From positions 448,001 through 512,000 of the forward strand of contig OZ243041.1 in NCBI GenBank assembly GCA_965212055.1: a DNA stretch of 64,000 bases, in the 5' to 3' direction. Shown piece after piece: positions 1-10,992 of the stretch. Every line of letters begins with the position of its first letter. Position 1 is the first letter of the stretch. The notes under the pieces were generated by a model. That model searched no databases. It was not told where the DNA came from and saw nothing but the letters and a program-made list of their open reading frames with translations. The DNA is from Fidelibacterota bacterium. Lineage in GTDB: Bacteria; Fidelibacterota; Marinisomatia; Marinisomatales; Marinisomataceae. The position numbers and the translations under genes are program-made.

Positions 1-2085
1 GCTGGTTTAAAAATTGTAAGAAATATTGGGATTATGGCCCATGTGGATGCTGGAAAAACAACATTAACAGAGAGAATGTTATACTATTCTGGTAAAACCC
101 ATAGAATCGGTGAAGTTCACGATGGTGCAGCAACTATGGATTGGATGGCTCAAGAACAAGAAAGAGGCATTACAATTACTTCAGCTGCGACAACTTTCTA
201 TTGGGATGAGAATCGTATTAACCTAATTGATACCCCAGGGCACGTAGATTTTACTATGGAAGTAGAAAGATCATTACGCGTTCTTGATGGTGCAGTTGCT
301 GTTTTTTGTGCAGTTGCTGGAGTTGAACCTCAAAGTGAGACAGTTTGGAGACAAGCAACAAAATATAATGTACCAAGAATTGCTTTTATCAATAAAATGG
401 ATAGAGTTGGTGCCGATTTTTATGCTGCAATACAAAGTATGAAAGATAGATTAAATACTAAACCTTTACCTCTTTTATTGCCCATTGGTTCAGGTGAAGA
501 TTTTCATGGAGTTATTGATTTAGTAAGAATGAAAGCTATTGATTATAACGAAAGTACTCAAGGAGCTGACTTTGAATATATTGATATTCCAGCAGATTCA
601 GTCTCTGAAGCAGACAAATGGAGAAATTTCCTTGTAGAAGAAGTTTCTACATATGATGATACATTAATGGAAAAATATGTTAATGAAGAAAAAATTTCAT
701 CTGAAGAAATCGTAAGTGCATTAAAACAAGGTTGTTTAGAAAATGCTTTTGTCCCAACTCTATGTGGATCGGCTTTTAAAAACAAAGGTGTTCAGAGAGT
801 TTTAGATGCTGTCGTTGCTTTTTTACCTTCTCCTGTTGATATTGATAGTACAGAAGCTTCTTTAGTTGATAATCCTGAAGAAAAAATAAATATCAAAAAT
901 TCTGATGATGCACCCTTTACAGCTCTTGCATTCAAAATTGCTACTGATCCTTTTGTTGGAAGACTAACTTATTTGAGAGTTTACTCTGGGTCTTTAAAGA
1001 AGGGTTCTTTTTGTATTAATTCTAATACAGGTAAAAAAGAACGTATTTCAAGAATTTTACAGATGCATGCTAATAAAAGAGAAGAGCTCCAAGAGGTTAA
1101 AGCTGGAGAGATAGTTGCAGTTATTGGTTTAAAACATACTAATACTGGACATACATTATCAGAAAAAGGTGATGTTGTTTTAGAATCAATGGAATTTCCA
1201 GAACCTGTTGTTTCGGTTTCGATTGAACCTGTCTCTAAAGGAGATCAAGATCAATTAGCTAAAGGTATGAATAAGTTAAGTGAAGAAGACCCAACTTTTA
1301 AAGTAGCAGTTGATAAGGAAACGGCACAAACCTTGATTTCGGGAATGGGTGAAGTTCATTTAGAGATTATTATTGATAGGCTTAAAAGAGAATTTAATGT
1401 TAATGCCAATATTGGAAAACCTCAAGTTTCGTTCAGAGAAGCAATACAAAAATCTGTTGAAAAAATTGATGAAAAATTTATCCGCCAGTCTGGCGGTCGT
1501 GGACAGTATGGTCATGTTGTAATAAATGTAAAGCCTGGAGAACAAGGAAGCGGGTATACTTTCGTAAACAAAATTGTTGGAGGTGTTATTCCTAGAGAAT
1601 ATATACCTGCTGTTAATCAAGGTATTCAAGAATCATTGCAAAATGGTGTCTTATATGGATATCCTATTCCAGATATAGAAGTTGAACTCGTATTTGGATC
1701 ATACCATGATGTTGATTCATCAGAAATTGCATTTAAAGTAGCTGGTTCTAGAGCAATTATTACTGCATGTAAACAGGCTAATCCTGTCTTAATGGAACCA
1801 ATTATGAAAGTTGAAGCAACAACTCCAGATGATTATATGGGTGATGTTATAGGAGATATTAATTCAAGAAGAGGTAAAGTAGATACAATTGGTCAACAGG
1901 GTTCAAATCAACAAATTAAAGCGGTTGTGCCGCTTAGTGAAATGTTTGGGTATGCAACCGATCTAAGATCTCTATCTCAAGGAAGAGCAAATTTTTTTAT
2001 GGATTTTTCTCACTATGATAAAGTTCCCGCTCAAGTGGAGGAAAAGTTAATGAAAACAAGAGTTAAAAATGGAGTTGAAAAATAA
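1..2085 (+). CDS. fusA: Elongation factor G (5'-partial; frame open to base 1)
   Basis: [30 protein letters not shown] and YHDVDSSE motifs. Confidence 0.99.
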   Translation, partial: AGLKIVRNIGIMAHVDAGKTTLTERMLYYSGKTHRIGEVHDGAATMDWMAQEQERGITITSAATTFYWDENRINLIDTPGHVDFTMEVERSLRVLDGAVAVFCAVAGVEPQSETVWRQATKYNVPRIAFINKMDRVGADFYAAIQSMKDRLNTKPLPLLLPIGSGEDFHGVIDLVRMKAIDYNESTQGADFEYIDIPADSVSEADKWRNFLVEEVSTYDDTLMEKYVNEEKISSEEIVSALKQGCLENAFVPTLCGSAFKNKGVQRVLDAVVAFLPSPVDIDSTEASLVDNPEEKINIKNSDDAPFTALAFKIATDPFVGRLTYLRVYSGSLKKGSFCINSNTGKKERISRILQMHANKREELQEVKAGEIVAVIGLKHTNTGHTLSEKGDVVLESMEFPEPVVSVSIEPVSKGDQDQLAKGMNKLSEEDPTFKVAVDKETAQTLISGMGEVHLEIIIDRLKREFNVNANIGKPQVSFREAIQKSVEKIDEKFIRQSGGRGQYGHVVINVKPGEQGSGYTFVNKIVGGVIPREYIPAVNQGIQESLQNGVLYGYPIPDIEVELVFGSYHDVDSSEIAFKVAGSRAIITACKQANPVLMEPIMKVEATTPDDYMGDVIGDINSRRGKVDTIGQQGSNQQIKAVVPLSEMFGYATDLRSLSQGRANFFMDFSHYDKVPAQVEEKLMKTRVKNGVEK

Positions 2086-2393
2086 TGAGTAAAGACCTAA
2101 TAAGAATTTCACTAAGGGCCTATGACCATAAACTTCTGGATAAATCTGCAGAGAAAATTATAAGAACAGCTAAATCGACTGGAGCAATTATCTCTGGTCC
2201 GATTCCATTACCAACAAAGAGAACTATTTATACGGTTTTAAGATCACCTTTTGTTAATAAAAAATCTCGTGAACAATTTCAGACAAAAATCCATAAAAGG
2301 ATAGTGGATATTGTGAATTCAACACCAAAGACTGTTGAATCTTTAATGAAATTAGATTTGCCAGCTGGCGTAGATATAGAGATTAGAGGTTAA
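2085..2393 (+). CDS. rpsJ: 30S ribosomal protein S10
   Basis: GPIPLPT...KKSREQF; TAATG overlap with fusA. Confidence 0.99.
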   Translation: MSKDLIRISLRAYDHKLLDKSAEKIIRTAKSTGAIISGPIPLPTKRTIYTVLRSPFVNKKSREQFQTKIHKRIVDIVNSTPKTVESLMKLDLPAGVDIEIRG

Positions 2394-2394
2394 T

Positions 2395-3015
2395 ATGTAT
2401 GGTTTAATTGGTAAAAAATTAAAAATGTCCCAAATGTTCAATGAAAATGGGCATGTTGTTCCAGTTACTTTGATTCAAGCTGGTCCATGTACAGTCTCAC
2501 AGGTAAAAACTATAGATTCTGATGGTTATAATTCTGTACAGCTTGCTTTTGGAAAGAAATCAAAACGAAATACAAATAAACCCTTTAAAGGACATTTGAA
2601 AAAAGCAAAAATAGATTCTGCTAAAGTATTAGCAGAGTTTCAATCTGTAGATGGGTTTAATTATGAATTAGGTCAAAAATTTGATTCTTCAATTTTTAAT
2701 ATTGGAGAGATGGTTAGTGTAAGGTCAAAATCAAAAGGTAAAGGTTTTGCTGGAGTTATTAAAAGACATGGGTTTAGCACGCAACCTGCTACCCATGGTA
2801 CAAAACATACTGAAAGAGCTGGAGGATCAATTGGACAAGCATCTTGGCCTTCTAGAGTATTTAAAGGATTAAAGATGCCTGGTAGATTAGGGAATGCTTA
2901 TACCACTGCAGAAAATCTTGAAATTGTTAATATCGATAAGGAAAAAAACCTACTATATGTTAAAGGATCTATTGCAGGTGCAAATAATGCTATAGTATTT
3001 ATTTTGAAAAAATGA
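2395..3015 (+). CDS. rplC: 50S ribosomal protein L3
   Basis: SKGKGFAGVIKRH, GSIGQ; S10 operon order. Confidence 0.99.
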   Translation: MYGLIGKKLKMSQMFNENGHVVPVTLIQAGPCTVSQVKTIDSDGYNSVQLAFGKKSKRNTNKPFKGHLKKAKIDSAKVLAEFQSVDGFNYELGQKFDSSIFNIGEMVSVRSKSKGKGFAGVIKRHGFSTQPATHGTKHTERAGGSIGQASWPSRVFKGLKMPGRLGNAYTTAENLEIVNIDKEKNLLYVKGSIAGANNAIVFILKK

Positions 3016-3632
3016 AGATAAAATCAATCAATAATAAAAAAGATTATACTGTGAGTGATTCAGTATTTAAAGTTCCGATGAATAATCAGGTAGTATACCA
3101 ATGCGTTGTGGCTGAGTTAAATAATGCAAGGCAAGGTACAAGTTCTACTAAGAATCGATCTTTAGTATCTGGTGGAGGTAAGAAACCATTCAAACAAAAA
3201 GGTACTGGAAATGCTAGAGCTGGAACAATAAGATCTCCCTTAATGAGAGGTGGTGGTGTTATTTTTGGACCTAGCCCAAAGTATTACTTTAAGAAGGTTA
3301 ATGCTAAGACAAAGAAATTAGCTTTTAAATGTATTCTTTCTGATAAAACAAAGAATAAATCTTTAAAGATAACTGATTCAATTACTCTCAAAACAAATAA
3401 AACTAAGGAACTAGTTCAATTTTTGCATGACAATAATTTGTCTGATAGAAAATTGACAATTGTTACATCTGAAGTGGATAATAATTTACTTTTAGCATCA
3501 CGTAATATTAAAGGCGTAAATATAGTTAAAGCATCTTCTTGTTCGATTGTAGATTTATTTGATTCGGATATTATTTTGATTGATTCAGGTGGACTTGAAG
3601 TTATTTCATCTAGATTTGGAGGAGACAAATAA
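3012..3632 (+). CDS. rplD: 50S ribosomal protein L4
   Basis: RQGT, KQKGTGNARAG, GGGVIFGP. Confidence 0.99.
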   Translation: MKIKSINNKKDYTVSDSVFKVPMNNQVVYQCVVAELNNARQGTSSTKNRSLVSGGGKKPFKQKGTGNARAGTIRSPLMRGGGVIFGPSPKYYFKKVNAKTKKLAFKCILSDKTKNKSLKITDSITLKTNKTKELVQFLHDNNLSDRKLTIVTSEVDNNLLLASRNIKGVNIVKASSCSIVDLFDSDIILIDSGGLEVISSRFGGDK

Positions 3633-3633
3633 A

Positions 3634-3945
3634 ATGAACGATATTTCTCAGATATTGATACGTCCAATTGTGACCGAGAAAATGACTCTTTTACAGGATC
3701 AAGGTAATAAATATGCGTTCGAAGTACCTTTAAGTGCAAATAAAATAGAGATAAAAAAAGCTGTTGAGAAAAAATTTAAAGTTAAAGTTTTAAAAGTAGC
3801 TATTATTAATAAAAAAGGTAAAGAAAAACAAATGACAGTAAAGAGCGGTGGAAGAACAATTAGAACAAGTGGATATACAAAGTTAAAGAAAAGAGCTTTA
3901 GTAACATTAATAGAAGGTTATAACATAGATTTATTTAGTATATAA
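3634..3945 (+). CDS. rplW: 50S ribosomal protein L23 (start moved to ATG 3634)
   Basis: RPIVTEK, ANKIEIKKAVEK; operon order. Confidence 0.97.
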   Translation: MNDISQILIRPIVTEKMTLLQDQGNKYAFEVPLSANKIEIKKAVEKKFKVKVLKVAIINKKGKEKQMTVKSGGRTIRTSGYTKLKKRALVTLIEGYNIDLFSI

Positions 3946-3957
3946 AAAATTATAATT

Positions 3958-4785
3958 ATGGCAATAAAACAACTAAAACCAGTTACACCCGCTTCTAGAT
4001 TTGCTTCTAGACCCGATTTTACTGAGATTACTACCAGTAAGCCTGAGAAATCTTTGGTAAGAAAACTCAATAAAACAGGTGGAAGAAATAATAAGGGTAG
4101 AATTACATCTAGAAGAAGAGGTGGAGGGCATAAACGCAGTTATCGGATTATAGATTTCAAGAGAAATAAATTTGATATTGAAGCTAAAGTAGCAACAATT
4201 GAATATGATCCAAATCGTAGTGCGTTTATTGCATTGCTTTATTATTCAGACGGTGAAAAGAGATATATTGTTCAGCCAGATGGATTAAAGGTTGGTGATA
4301 TAGTTGTTTCTGGTGAAAAAACTTCTCTGAAGACAGGTAATGCTATGATGTTGAAAAATATACCATCTGGACAATTTGTACACAATGTAGAGCTATTTCC
4401 TGGTAAAGGAGCACAGTTGGCTAGAAGTGCAGGTTCCTATGTTCAGATTATGGCAAATGATGAAGGTTTCACAACATTAAAAATGCCATCTGATGAAGTA
4501 AGAATGGTTCCCGAAGATTGTTTGGCTACAATTGGCATAGTGGGCAATAAGCATCATGAATTAATTCGATCAGGTAAGGCTGGTAGATCTAGATGGTTAG
4601 GTAAGCGCCCTAAGGTTAGAGGAGTAGCAATGAATCCTGTCGACCATCCTATGGGTGGAGGTGAAGGTAAGAGTTCTGGAGGAAGACACCCAACCACTCC
4701 TTGGGGTAAACCTACAAAAGGATATAAAACTAGAAAGAAAAATAAAAAATCAGATTCTTTAATCGTAAAGAGGAGAAATAATTAA
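3958..4785 (+). CDS. rplB: 50S ribosomal protein L2
   Basis: [25 protein letters not shown]. Confidence 0.99.
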   Translation: MAIKQLKPVTPASRFASRPDFTEITTSKPEKSLVRKLNKTGGRNNKGRITSRRRGGGHKRSYRIIDFKRNKFDIEAKVATIEYDPNRSAFIALLYYSDGEKRYIVQPDGLKVGDIVVSGEKTSLKTGNAMMLKNIPSGQFVHNVELFPGKGAQLARSAGSYVQIMANDEGFTTLKMPSDEVRMVPEDCLATIGIVGNKHHELIRSGKAGRSRWLGKRPKVRGVAMNPVDHPMGGGEGKSSGGRHPTTPWGKPTKGYKTRKKNKKSDSLIVKRRNN

Positions 4786-5051
4786 TGTCTAGATCTGTCA
4801 AAAAAGGACCACATATTGATTTTAAACTTTTAAAGAAAATAGAAAAAATGGAGAAATCAAAAAAGAAAAGTGTTATTAAAACTTGGGCTAGAAATTCAAT
4901 AATAACCCCAGATTTTGTTGGACATACTTTTGCTGTTCATAACGGCAATAAGTTTATTCCTGTTTTTATAACTGAAAATATGGTTGGACATAAACTTGGT
5001 GAATTCTCTCCAACAAGAATATTTAGAATGCATTCAGGAGATAGGAAATAA
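4785..5051 (+). CDS. rpsS: 30S ribosomal protein S19
   Basis: [13 protein letters not shown]. Confidence 0.99.
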   Translation: MSRSVKKGPHIDFKLLKKIEKMEKSKKKSVIKTWARNSIITPDFVGHTFAVHNGNKFIPVFITENMVGHKLGEFSPTRIFRMHSGDRK

Positions 5052-5057
5052 AAGACT

Positions 5058-5390
5058 ATGGAAATTATTTCAAAATCTAACAATATAAGACAGTCACCAA
5101 AGAAACTTAGAAAAGTTGCTGATTGCGTGAGAGGTTTGAATGTCAATAAAGCACTTTCTTCATTGAGACATATGGATGAAAAAGGAGCAGAAATTATTGG
5201 AAAAACGTTATCATCTGCTATTGCTAATGCTGTGAGCAATGAAAAATTTGATAAAGATATGAATAGTGTTATGATAAAAACAATTACTGTTGATGAAGGT
5301 CAGCCTTTAAAAAGATTTAGAGCGCGTGCACAAGGTCGTGCAAGTAAAATTAAGAAAAGAACTAGTCATTTAAAGATAATTATAGGATAA
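5058..5390 (+). CDS. rplV: 50S ribosomal protein L22
   Basis: RQSPKKLR, RARAQGRA, KRTSH. Confidence 0.98.
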   Translation: MEIISKSNNIRQSPKKLRKVADCVRGLNVNKALSSLRHMDEKGAEIIGKTLSSAIANAVSNEKFDKDMNSVMIKTITVDEGQPLKRFRARAQGRASKIKKRTSHLKIIIG

Positions 5391-5394
5391 TTAA

Positions 5395-6036
5395 ATGGGA
5401 CAAAAAACACATCCAAAAGGATATAGATTAGATGTAAATAAAGATTGGGAATCTAACTGGTTTTCTAAGAAGAACCAGTATGCTGTTGACTTAGCTCAAG
5501 ATATCCAATTAAGAAAATATCTTAAGAAAAGACTTCAAGATGCATCAGTTTCATCTATCAATATTGAAAAAACTTCGCAATCGATCACCATTACACTTCA
5601 TACCGCTAGACCGGGTATTGTTATTGGTAAAGGAGGAGAAGAAGTTGGAAGATTAAAAAAAGAAGTAGCAAAACTTTGTAATACAAACGATATCCAGTTA
5701 AATATTACTGAAGTTAAAAGACCTGAGTTAGATGCAGAACTTGTAGGTCAGAATATTGCAAGTCAATTAATTAAGAAAATGGCATATAGAAGGGTCATTA
5801 ATAAAACAATGCAGTCTACGATGAGAATGGGCGCTGAAGGTATAAGAATAAATGTTGCAGGTAGACTAGGCGGGGTTGAGATTGCAAGATCTGAAAGATT
5901 TATGGATGGAAGAGTACCGCTTCATACACTTAGAGCAAATATCGATTATGCTCTTGTTGAAGCACAAACTACATACGGAATTATTGGTATTAAAGTTTGG
6001 ATTTGTAATGGATTTAATAAAGCGAAGAGTAAATAA
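5395..6036 (+). CDS. rpsC: 30S ribosomal protein S3
   Basis: [27 protein letters not shown]. Confidence 0.99.
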   Translation: MGQKTHPKGYRLDVNKDWESNWFSKKNQYAVDLAQDIQLRKYLKKRLQDASVSSINIEKTSQSITITLHTARPGIVIGKGGEEVGRLKKEVAKLCNTNDIQLNITEVKRPELDAELVGQNIASQLIKKMAYRRVINKTMQSTMRMGAEGIRINVAGRLGGVEIARSERFMDGRVPLHTLRANIDYALVEAQTTYGIIGIKVWICNGFNKAKSK

Positions 6037-6461
6037 TGTTAGAACCTACAAAAGTAAAATTTAGAAGAGTTCATAGAGGAAACAGAAGAGGTATGGCTAA
6101 AGGTGGTACTGAAGTCAATTTTGGTAGCTATGGATTGAAAGCAATGGAACCTGGTTGGATTACTGCTAGACAGATTGAAGCTTCAAGAGTTGCAATTTCT
6201 AGGTTTGTTAGAAAAGTTGGAAAGATGTGGATTAGAATATTTCCTGACAAGCCAATTACCAAGAAACCATTGGAAACAAGAATGGGTAAAGGAAAAGGTG
6301 CTCCTGAATACTGGGTAAGTAATGTAAAACCAGGGAGAATACTATTTGAAGTAGAAGGAATACCAAGAGATGTTGCACAGAAAGCATTTAAAAATGCAGG
6401 GAGCAAACTACCTATTAAAACAAAATTAGTCGCAAGAAGAGGTTTAGATGAAAGTAAATGA
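6036..6461 (+). CDS. rplP: 50S ribosomal protein L16
   Basis: RIFPDKP, RMGKGKG. Confidence 0.99.
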   Translation: MLEPTKVKFRRVHRGNRRGMAKGGTEVNFGSYGLKAMEPGWITARQIEASRVAISRFVRKVGKMWIRIFPDKPITKKPLETRMGKGKGAPEYWVSNVKPGRILFEVEGIPRDVAQKAFKNAGSKLPIKTKLVARRGLDESK

Positions 6462-6657
6462 TTTAAGACAATTATCTGATAACGATTTACTTGCACGCTT
6501 AAACGATAACAAGGAAAGTTTACAAAAATATCGTTTTCAAAAATCTATTCAACAGTTAGAGGATCATCGATTGTTGTCAGATTTACGTAAAGAGAATGCA
6601 AAAATTGAGACAGTATTAAGAGAAAAAACGTTGAATAAGGATAATACTAATGGATAG
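6448..6657 (+). CDS. rpmC: 50S ribosomal protein L29
   Basis: Size, position, [14 protein letters not shown]. Confidence 0.95.
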   Translation: MKVNDLRQLSDNDLLARLNDNKESLQKYRFQKSIQQLEDHRLLSDLRKENAKIETVLREKTLNKDNTNG

Positions 6658-6904
6658 AAATCGTCAAAAATTAGTTGGTAAGGTTGTATCTGATTCTATG
6701 GATAAAACTATAGTTGTTAGCGTGGAAAGATTAGTCAAACATAGACTTTATAAGAAATATATAAGACAATCAAAAAAATATTATGTTCACGATGAAGATA
6801 ATTCTCATAAGAATGGAGATTTAGTTGAGATTATTTCTTCTAAACCGTTGAGCAAAACTAAAAGATGGCGTGTTTCAAGATTGACGGAGAAAAACGAGAA
6901 ATAA
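6650..6904 (+). CDS. rpsQ: 30S ribosomal protein S17
   Basis: [22 protein letters not shown]. Confidence 0.98.
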   Translation: MDRNRQKLVGKVVSDSMDKTIVVSVERLVKHRLYKKYIRQSKKYYVHDEDNSHKNGDLVEIISSKPLSKTKRWRVSRLTEKNEK

Positions 6905-6905
6905 T

Positions 6906-7274
6906 ATGATTCAACAGGAAACAAAATTAAAAGTGGCTGACAATTCTGGTGCAAAAGTTGTGCAGTGTTTTAAAGTACTGGGCGGTTCTAAAAGGAGATA
7001 TGCTAGCATAGGCGATGTTGTTGTTGTATCTGTGAAGACATCTATTCCAGGAGGAATGGTAAAAAAAGGAGATGTTTCTCGTGCTGTTGTCGTTAGAGTT
7101 GCGAAAGAATTACGAAGAAAAGATGGTTCATATATAAGATTTGATGATAATGCTGCTGTTTTATTAAATGAACAAAATGAGCCAAGAGGTACAAGAATAT
7201 TTGGACCAGTTGCTAGAGAATTAAGAGATAATGGATATATGAAAATTATATCAATGGCCCCAGAGGTTTTATAA
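6906..7274 (+). CDS. rplN: 50S ribosomal protein L14
   Basis: [27 protein letters not shown]. Confidence 0.99.
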   Translation: MIQQETKLKVADNSGAKVVQCFKVLGGSKRRYASIGDVVVVSVKTSIPGGMVKKGDVSRAVVVRVAKELRRKDGSYIRFDDNAAVLLNEQNEPRGTRIFGPVARELRDNGYMKIISMAPEVL

Positions 7275-7579
7275 TGAAAATTAAAAAAGATATGGTAGTA
7301 AAAGTAATTTCTGGGAACTTCAAAGGTTTGTCAGGAAAAGTATTAAAAGTATTTCCAGTAAATAAAAGAGTTATTGTTGAAGGAATTGGGTTAACTAAAA
7401 GGACATTAAAACCCTCTCAAGAAAACCCTAAAGGTGGATTTACTGAGAGAGAAAGATCTATACATATATCAAATGTTATGATTTTAGATAATAATGAAAT
7501 CTCAAGAATTGGTTTTAAGCTATTGAAAGATAAATCAAAAGTAAGAGTTTCGAAGAGAAGCGGTAAGGAGCTTGGTTAA
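7274..7579 (+). CDS. rplX: 50S ribosomal protein L24
   Basis: KOW-like N-terminus, IHISNV. Confidence 0.97.
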   Translation: MKIKKDMVVKVISGNFKGLSGKVLKVFPVNKRVIVEGIGLTKRTLKPSQENPKGGFTERERSIHISNVMILDNNEISRIGFKLLKDKSKVRVSKRSGKELG

Positions 7580-7581
7580 TT

Positions 7582-8247
7582 ATGGCAGAAGCAACATATA
7601 CTCCTACATATAAACAAAAATATCTTAATGAGGTAAGACCGCATCTTATTAAGACATTCAATTTAGAAAGTGTTATGGAAGCTCCAAAAATTGAAAAGAT
7701 AACTTTGAATATTGGTTTAGGAAATGCCAAGAATGATTCTAAAGCGCTAAAAGCAGCTTTGGATGAATTAATGTTAATTACAGGACAGAAACCTATTGTG
7801 ACTAAAGCAAAAAAAGATGTTTCAAATTTTAAGATCAGGAAAGGATTTCCTGTTGGCTGTAAAGTGACATTAAGAAAGAATTATATGTATGAATTTTTAG
7901 AAAGATTATGTGCTGTAGCCCTTCCAAGAACGAGAGATTTTAGAGGTTTATCTAGCAAATCATTTGACGGTCAAGGAAACTATAGTTTTGGAATTAAGGA
8001 ACAGGTTGTATTTCCTGAGATTGATTATGATAAAGTTGATACTATTAGAGGTATGGATGTGATTATTACAACCTCATCAGACAATGATGAGATTTCATAT
8101 GAAATGTTAAGAGCAATGGGACTTCCTATTAAAGAAAAAGGTACTGAGATAGAAGAAGAAGTTCCGGTAAGAAAAGCTCCTCCAGTAGAAGAAGCTCCGG
8201 TAGAAGAAGATAAATTAAACGAGGAAAAAGATGGCGAAAAAGTCTAA
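7582..8247 (+). CDS. rplE: 50S ribosomal protein L5 with acidic C-terminal extension
   Basis: [22 protein letters not shown]; about 35 aa Glu/Pro tail. Confidence 0.98.
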   Translation: MAEATYTPTYKQKYLNEVRPHLIKTFNLESVMEAPKIEKITLNIGLGNAKNDSKALKAALDELMLITGQKPIVTKAKKDVSNFKIRKGFPVGCKVTLRKNYMYEFLERLCAVALPRTRDFRGLSSKSFDGQGNYSFGIKEQVVFPEIDYDKVDTIRGMDVIITTSSDNDEISYEMLRAMGLPIKEKGTEIEEEVPVRKAPPVEEAPVEEDKLNEEKDGEKV

Positions 8248-8536
8248 AATTTCAAGAGAAAAGCATTTAGCAAAAAAAGTTAAGAGACATTATCTTTTAA
8301 GAAAAGAATTAAGGGATTTAATTAAAAATCCAAATACTTCTGAAGAAGATAAATTAAATGCAATCAAAAAATTACAAAAACTTCCAAGAAGTTCTAGCCA
8401 TGTTAGGCTAACCAACAGATGTTTAGTATCCGGACGTCCGAAGGGATACATGAGAAAATTTGGTTTATCAAGAATAACTTTTAGAGAATTAGCACTTAAA
8501 GGAGAGCTTCCTGGTGTAACAAAGGCAAGCTGGTAA
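8231..8536 (+). CDS. rpsN: 30S ribosomal protein S14 (long, Zn-independent type)
   Basis: MAKKS...[11 protein letters not shown]...SRITFRELA...KASW; single Cys. Confidence 0.98.
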   Translation: MAKKSKISREKHLAKKVKRHYLLRKELRDLIKNPNTSEEDKLNAIKKLQKLPRSSSHVRLTNRCLVSGRPKGYMRKFGLSRITFRELALKGELPGVTKASW

Positions 8537-8547
8537 GGAGCATATTT

Positions 8548-8946
8548 ATGTCAATGACAGATCCAATAGCAGATTATTGTACAAGAATAAGAAATGGTTA
8601 TTCTTCTAAGAAGAGATGGATAGATATTCCATCCTCTGAATTGAAGAAAAGAATTTCTCTTGTTCTAAAAGAAGAAGGATATATTGATAATTTTGTATTT
8701 GTAAATAAAGAATCAAAAAAAGAAGATATTAGAATCTTTTTAAGATATGATAATGATGTACCAGCTATTACTACTATTGAGAAGATTAGTAAACCTGGAA
8801 AAAGAGTATATGTATCTGTTGGTGATATTCCTAGGGTCTTGAATGGATTAGGGATTAGTGTTATTTCATCTTCAAGAGGAGTGGTAAGTAATAAGGTGGC
8901 AAGAGAATTAAAAGTTGGAGGAGAGTTGCTTTGCAACGTTTGGTAG
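8548..8946 (+). CDS. rpsH: 30S ribosomal protein S8
   Basis: DPIAD..TRIRN, SKPGKRVY, GGELLC. Confidence 0.99.
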   Translation: MSMTDPIADYCTRIRNGYSSKKRWIDIPSSELKKRISLVLKEEGYIDNFVFVNKESKKEDIRIFLRYDNDVPAITTIEKISKPGKRVYVSVGDIPRVLNGLGISVISSSRGVVSNKVARELKVGGELLCNVW

Positions 8947-8947
8947 A

Positions 8948-9490
8948 ATGTCAAGAATAGGGAATAATCCAATTACAGTGCCAGAAGACGTAAAAATAGA
9001 GAAGAATAGTTCTAGCTTGCTCATTAATGGTCCTAAAGGAAAATTATCAGTGAATCTTTTTGAAGAATTAGATCTGAAAATTGATAAAGATTCAATTGGA
9101 GTATCTGTCAAAAATGATGATACGCATTCAAGAGCTATGCATGGTACAGTGAGACAATTAATTTCTAATGCAATTGAGGGTGTTAATAGTGGTTTTTCAA
9201 AACATTTAGAGATTGTAGGTGTTGGTTATAATGTAAAGAGTCAAGGTACTCGACTTATATTTCAGTTAGGTTTTTCACATGATATCATATTAGAACTTCC
9301 TGACGGCATTGAAGCAGATGCACAAAAAAACAAGCTTGAGATTAAAGGAATTGATAAGCAATTAGTTGGTCAAGTATCTGCAAAAATAAGAGCATTAAGA
9401 AAGCCTGAACCTTATAAAGGAAAAGGAATTAGATATAAAGATGAATATGTTCGTTCTAAGCAAGGTAAAACTGTTGGAGGCACTGAGTAA
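8948..9490 (+). CDS. rplF: 50S ribosomal protein L6 (start ATG 8948)
   Basis: MSRIG, PEPYKGKGIRY. Confidence 0.99.
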   Translation: MSRIGNNPITVPEDVKIEKNSSSLLINGPKGKLSVNLFEELDLKIDKDSIGVSVKNDDTHSRAMHGTVRQLISNAIEGVNSGFSKHLEIVGVGYNVKSQGTRLIFQLGFSHDIILELPDGIEADAQKNKLEIKGIDKQLVGQVSAKIRALRKPEPYKGKGIRYKDEYVRSKQGKTVGGTE

Positions 9491-9493
9491 AAC

Positions 9494-9853
9494 ATGGGTA
9501 TTTTGAAAGTAAAAAAAGAGCAGTATTTACGCAGAAAAAAGAGATCAAAAAAATCTTTTCCTATCGAGGGAGAATATAGATTGTGTGTTTATAAAAGCGC
9601 GAAACATATAGAAGCTCAGATTATTGATGATTTTAGTCAAAATACAATTGTTGCTGCTTCATCCAAGGAGAAAGTTTATAATGGTAAGAAAATCAATAAA
9701 ACTGAACTTGCTTCTCTTGTAGGTGAGTCTCTTGCTGAGAGGGCTAAATCTAAAAAAGTAATAAGTGTTTATTTTGATAGAAATGGTTTTAAGTATCATG
9801 GAAGAGTAAAGTCATTGGCAGACGCTTCTAGAAAAGGCGGATTAAAATTTTAA
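9494..9853 (+). CDS. rplR: 50S ribosomal protein L18
   Basis: FDRNGFKYHGRV. Confidence 0.98.
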   Translation: MGILKVKKEQYLRRKKRSKKSFPIEGEYRLCVYKSAKHIEAQIIDDFSQNTIVAASSKEKVYNGKKINKTELASLVGESLAERAKSKKVISVYFDRNGFKYHGRVKSLADASRKGGLKF

Positions 9854-9866
9854 TAATGGAGAATAA

Positions 9867-10373
9867 ATGAGTACAATTAATCATTCAGAATTAGATCTAA
9901 GGGAAGAGTCAGTTATAAGAATTAATAGGGTTGCTAAAGTTAATTCTAGAGGAAAGAGATTTAGTTTTTCTACTATTGTAGTTATAGGAGATGGAAGAAC
10001 TCATGTTGGTATTGGTGCTGGAAAAGCAAACGAAGTATTAGTATCAATTAATAAAGCAAAAGATACCGCTAAACAAAATCTAATTAAAGTACCTGTTTAC
10101 AACTATACAATTCCCCATGAGATTATTGGAAAACATGGTGCAAGCAGAGTTTTATTAAAGCCTGCTCCTCCTGGGACTGGAATTATAGCTGGATCTGCTG
10201 TAAGACTAATTATGGAGCAAGTAGGTATAAGCAATATTTACACCAAAGTATTGGGTTCAAATAATCCTATGAATGTTGCTAAAGCTGTTATGAATGCGCT
10301 TTTAAATTTACAGGATATAAGAAAAGTTGCTAAAAAGAGAGGTAAGACTCCAAAAAATTTGTTTGAGGTATAA
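9867..10373 (+). CDS. rpsE: 30S ribosomal protein S5
   Basis: INRVAKV, PGTGIIAG, GSNNP. Confidence 0.98.
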   Translation: MSTINHSELDLREESVIRINRVAKVNSRGKRFSFSTIVVIGDGRTHVGIGAGKANEVLVSINKAKDTAKQNLIKVPVYNYTIPHEIIGKHGASRVLLKPAPPGTGIIAGSAVRLIMEQVGISNIYTKVLGSNNPMNVAKAVMNALLNLQDIRKVAKKRGKTPKNLFEV

Positions 10374-10375
10374 AA

Positions 10376-10564
10376 GTGGCCAATAAAAAAATAAAAATTA
10401 CACAAGTTAAAAGTAGAATTGGGTATTCTAGAAAAGCCAAAGCAACATTAGATGCTCTAGGATTGAGGAAGATTAATCAGTCTGTTGTTCTAGATTTGAA
10501 TGATTCTATATACGGGATGGTTAAAAAAATAGATTATTTGGTTAAGGTTGAGGAAGTTAAATGA
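10376..10564 (+). CDS. rpmD: 50S ribosomal protein L30
   Basis: ITQVKSRIG, LGLRKIN. Confidence 0.96.
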   Translation: MANKKIKITQVKSRIGYSRKAKATLDALGLRKINQSVVLDLNDSIYGMVKKIDYLVKVEEVK

Positions 10565-10992
10565 AATTAATTAAACCAGTTAATTCACTCAAAAAATCAA
10601 AGCGAGTTGGTAGAGGTCCTGGGTCTGGATTAGGAAAGACTGCAGGTAGAGGCCATAAAGGCGCAGGTCAAAGGAGTGGATTCAAACATAGATATTGGTT
10701 TGAAGGAGGTCAAATGCCTCTCTATAGAAGAGTCCCAATGAGAGGATTTAACAATTCAAATTTCCAAAAATCATATGAAACTGTTAACCTTTCTGATATT
10801 GGAAAAATTAAAGTTAAAAATATTGATTCAGAGGTATTATTTAAAAACGGTTTGATTTCTTCAAATTTTGCTCCTGTTAAGATTCTAGCAAATGGTGATA
10901 TTAAAAAAGCATATAATATTACTGCTTCATCATTTAGTAAGTCAGCTGCTAGAAAAATAGAAGAACTTGGTGGAAAGGTTATTGTGGAATGA
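10561..10992 (+). CDS. rplO: 50S ribosomal protein L15
   Basis: RVGRGPGSG, FEGGQMPLYRR. Confidence 0.99.
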   Translation: MKLIKPVNSLKKSKRVGRGPGSGLGKTAGRGHKGAGQRSGFKHRYWFEGGQMPLYRRVPMRGFNNSNFQKSYETVNLSDIGKIKVKNIDSEVLFKNGLISSNFAPVKILANGDIKKAYNITASSFSKSAARKIEELGGKVIVE

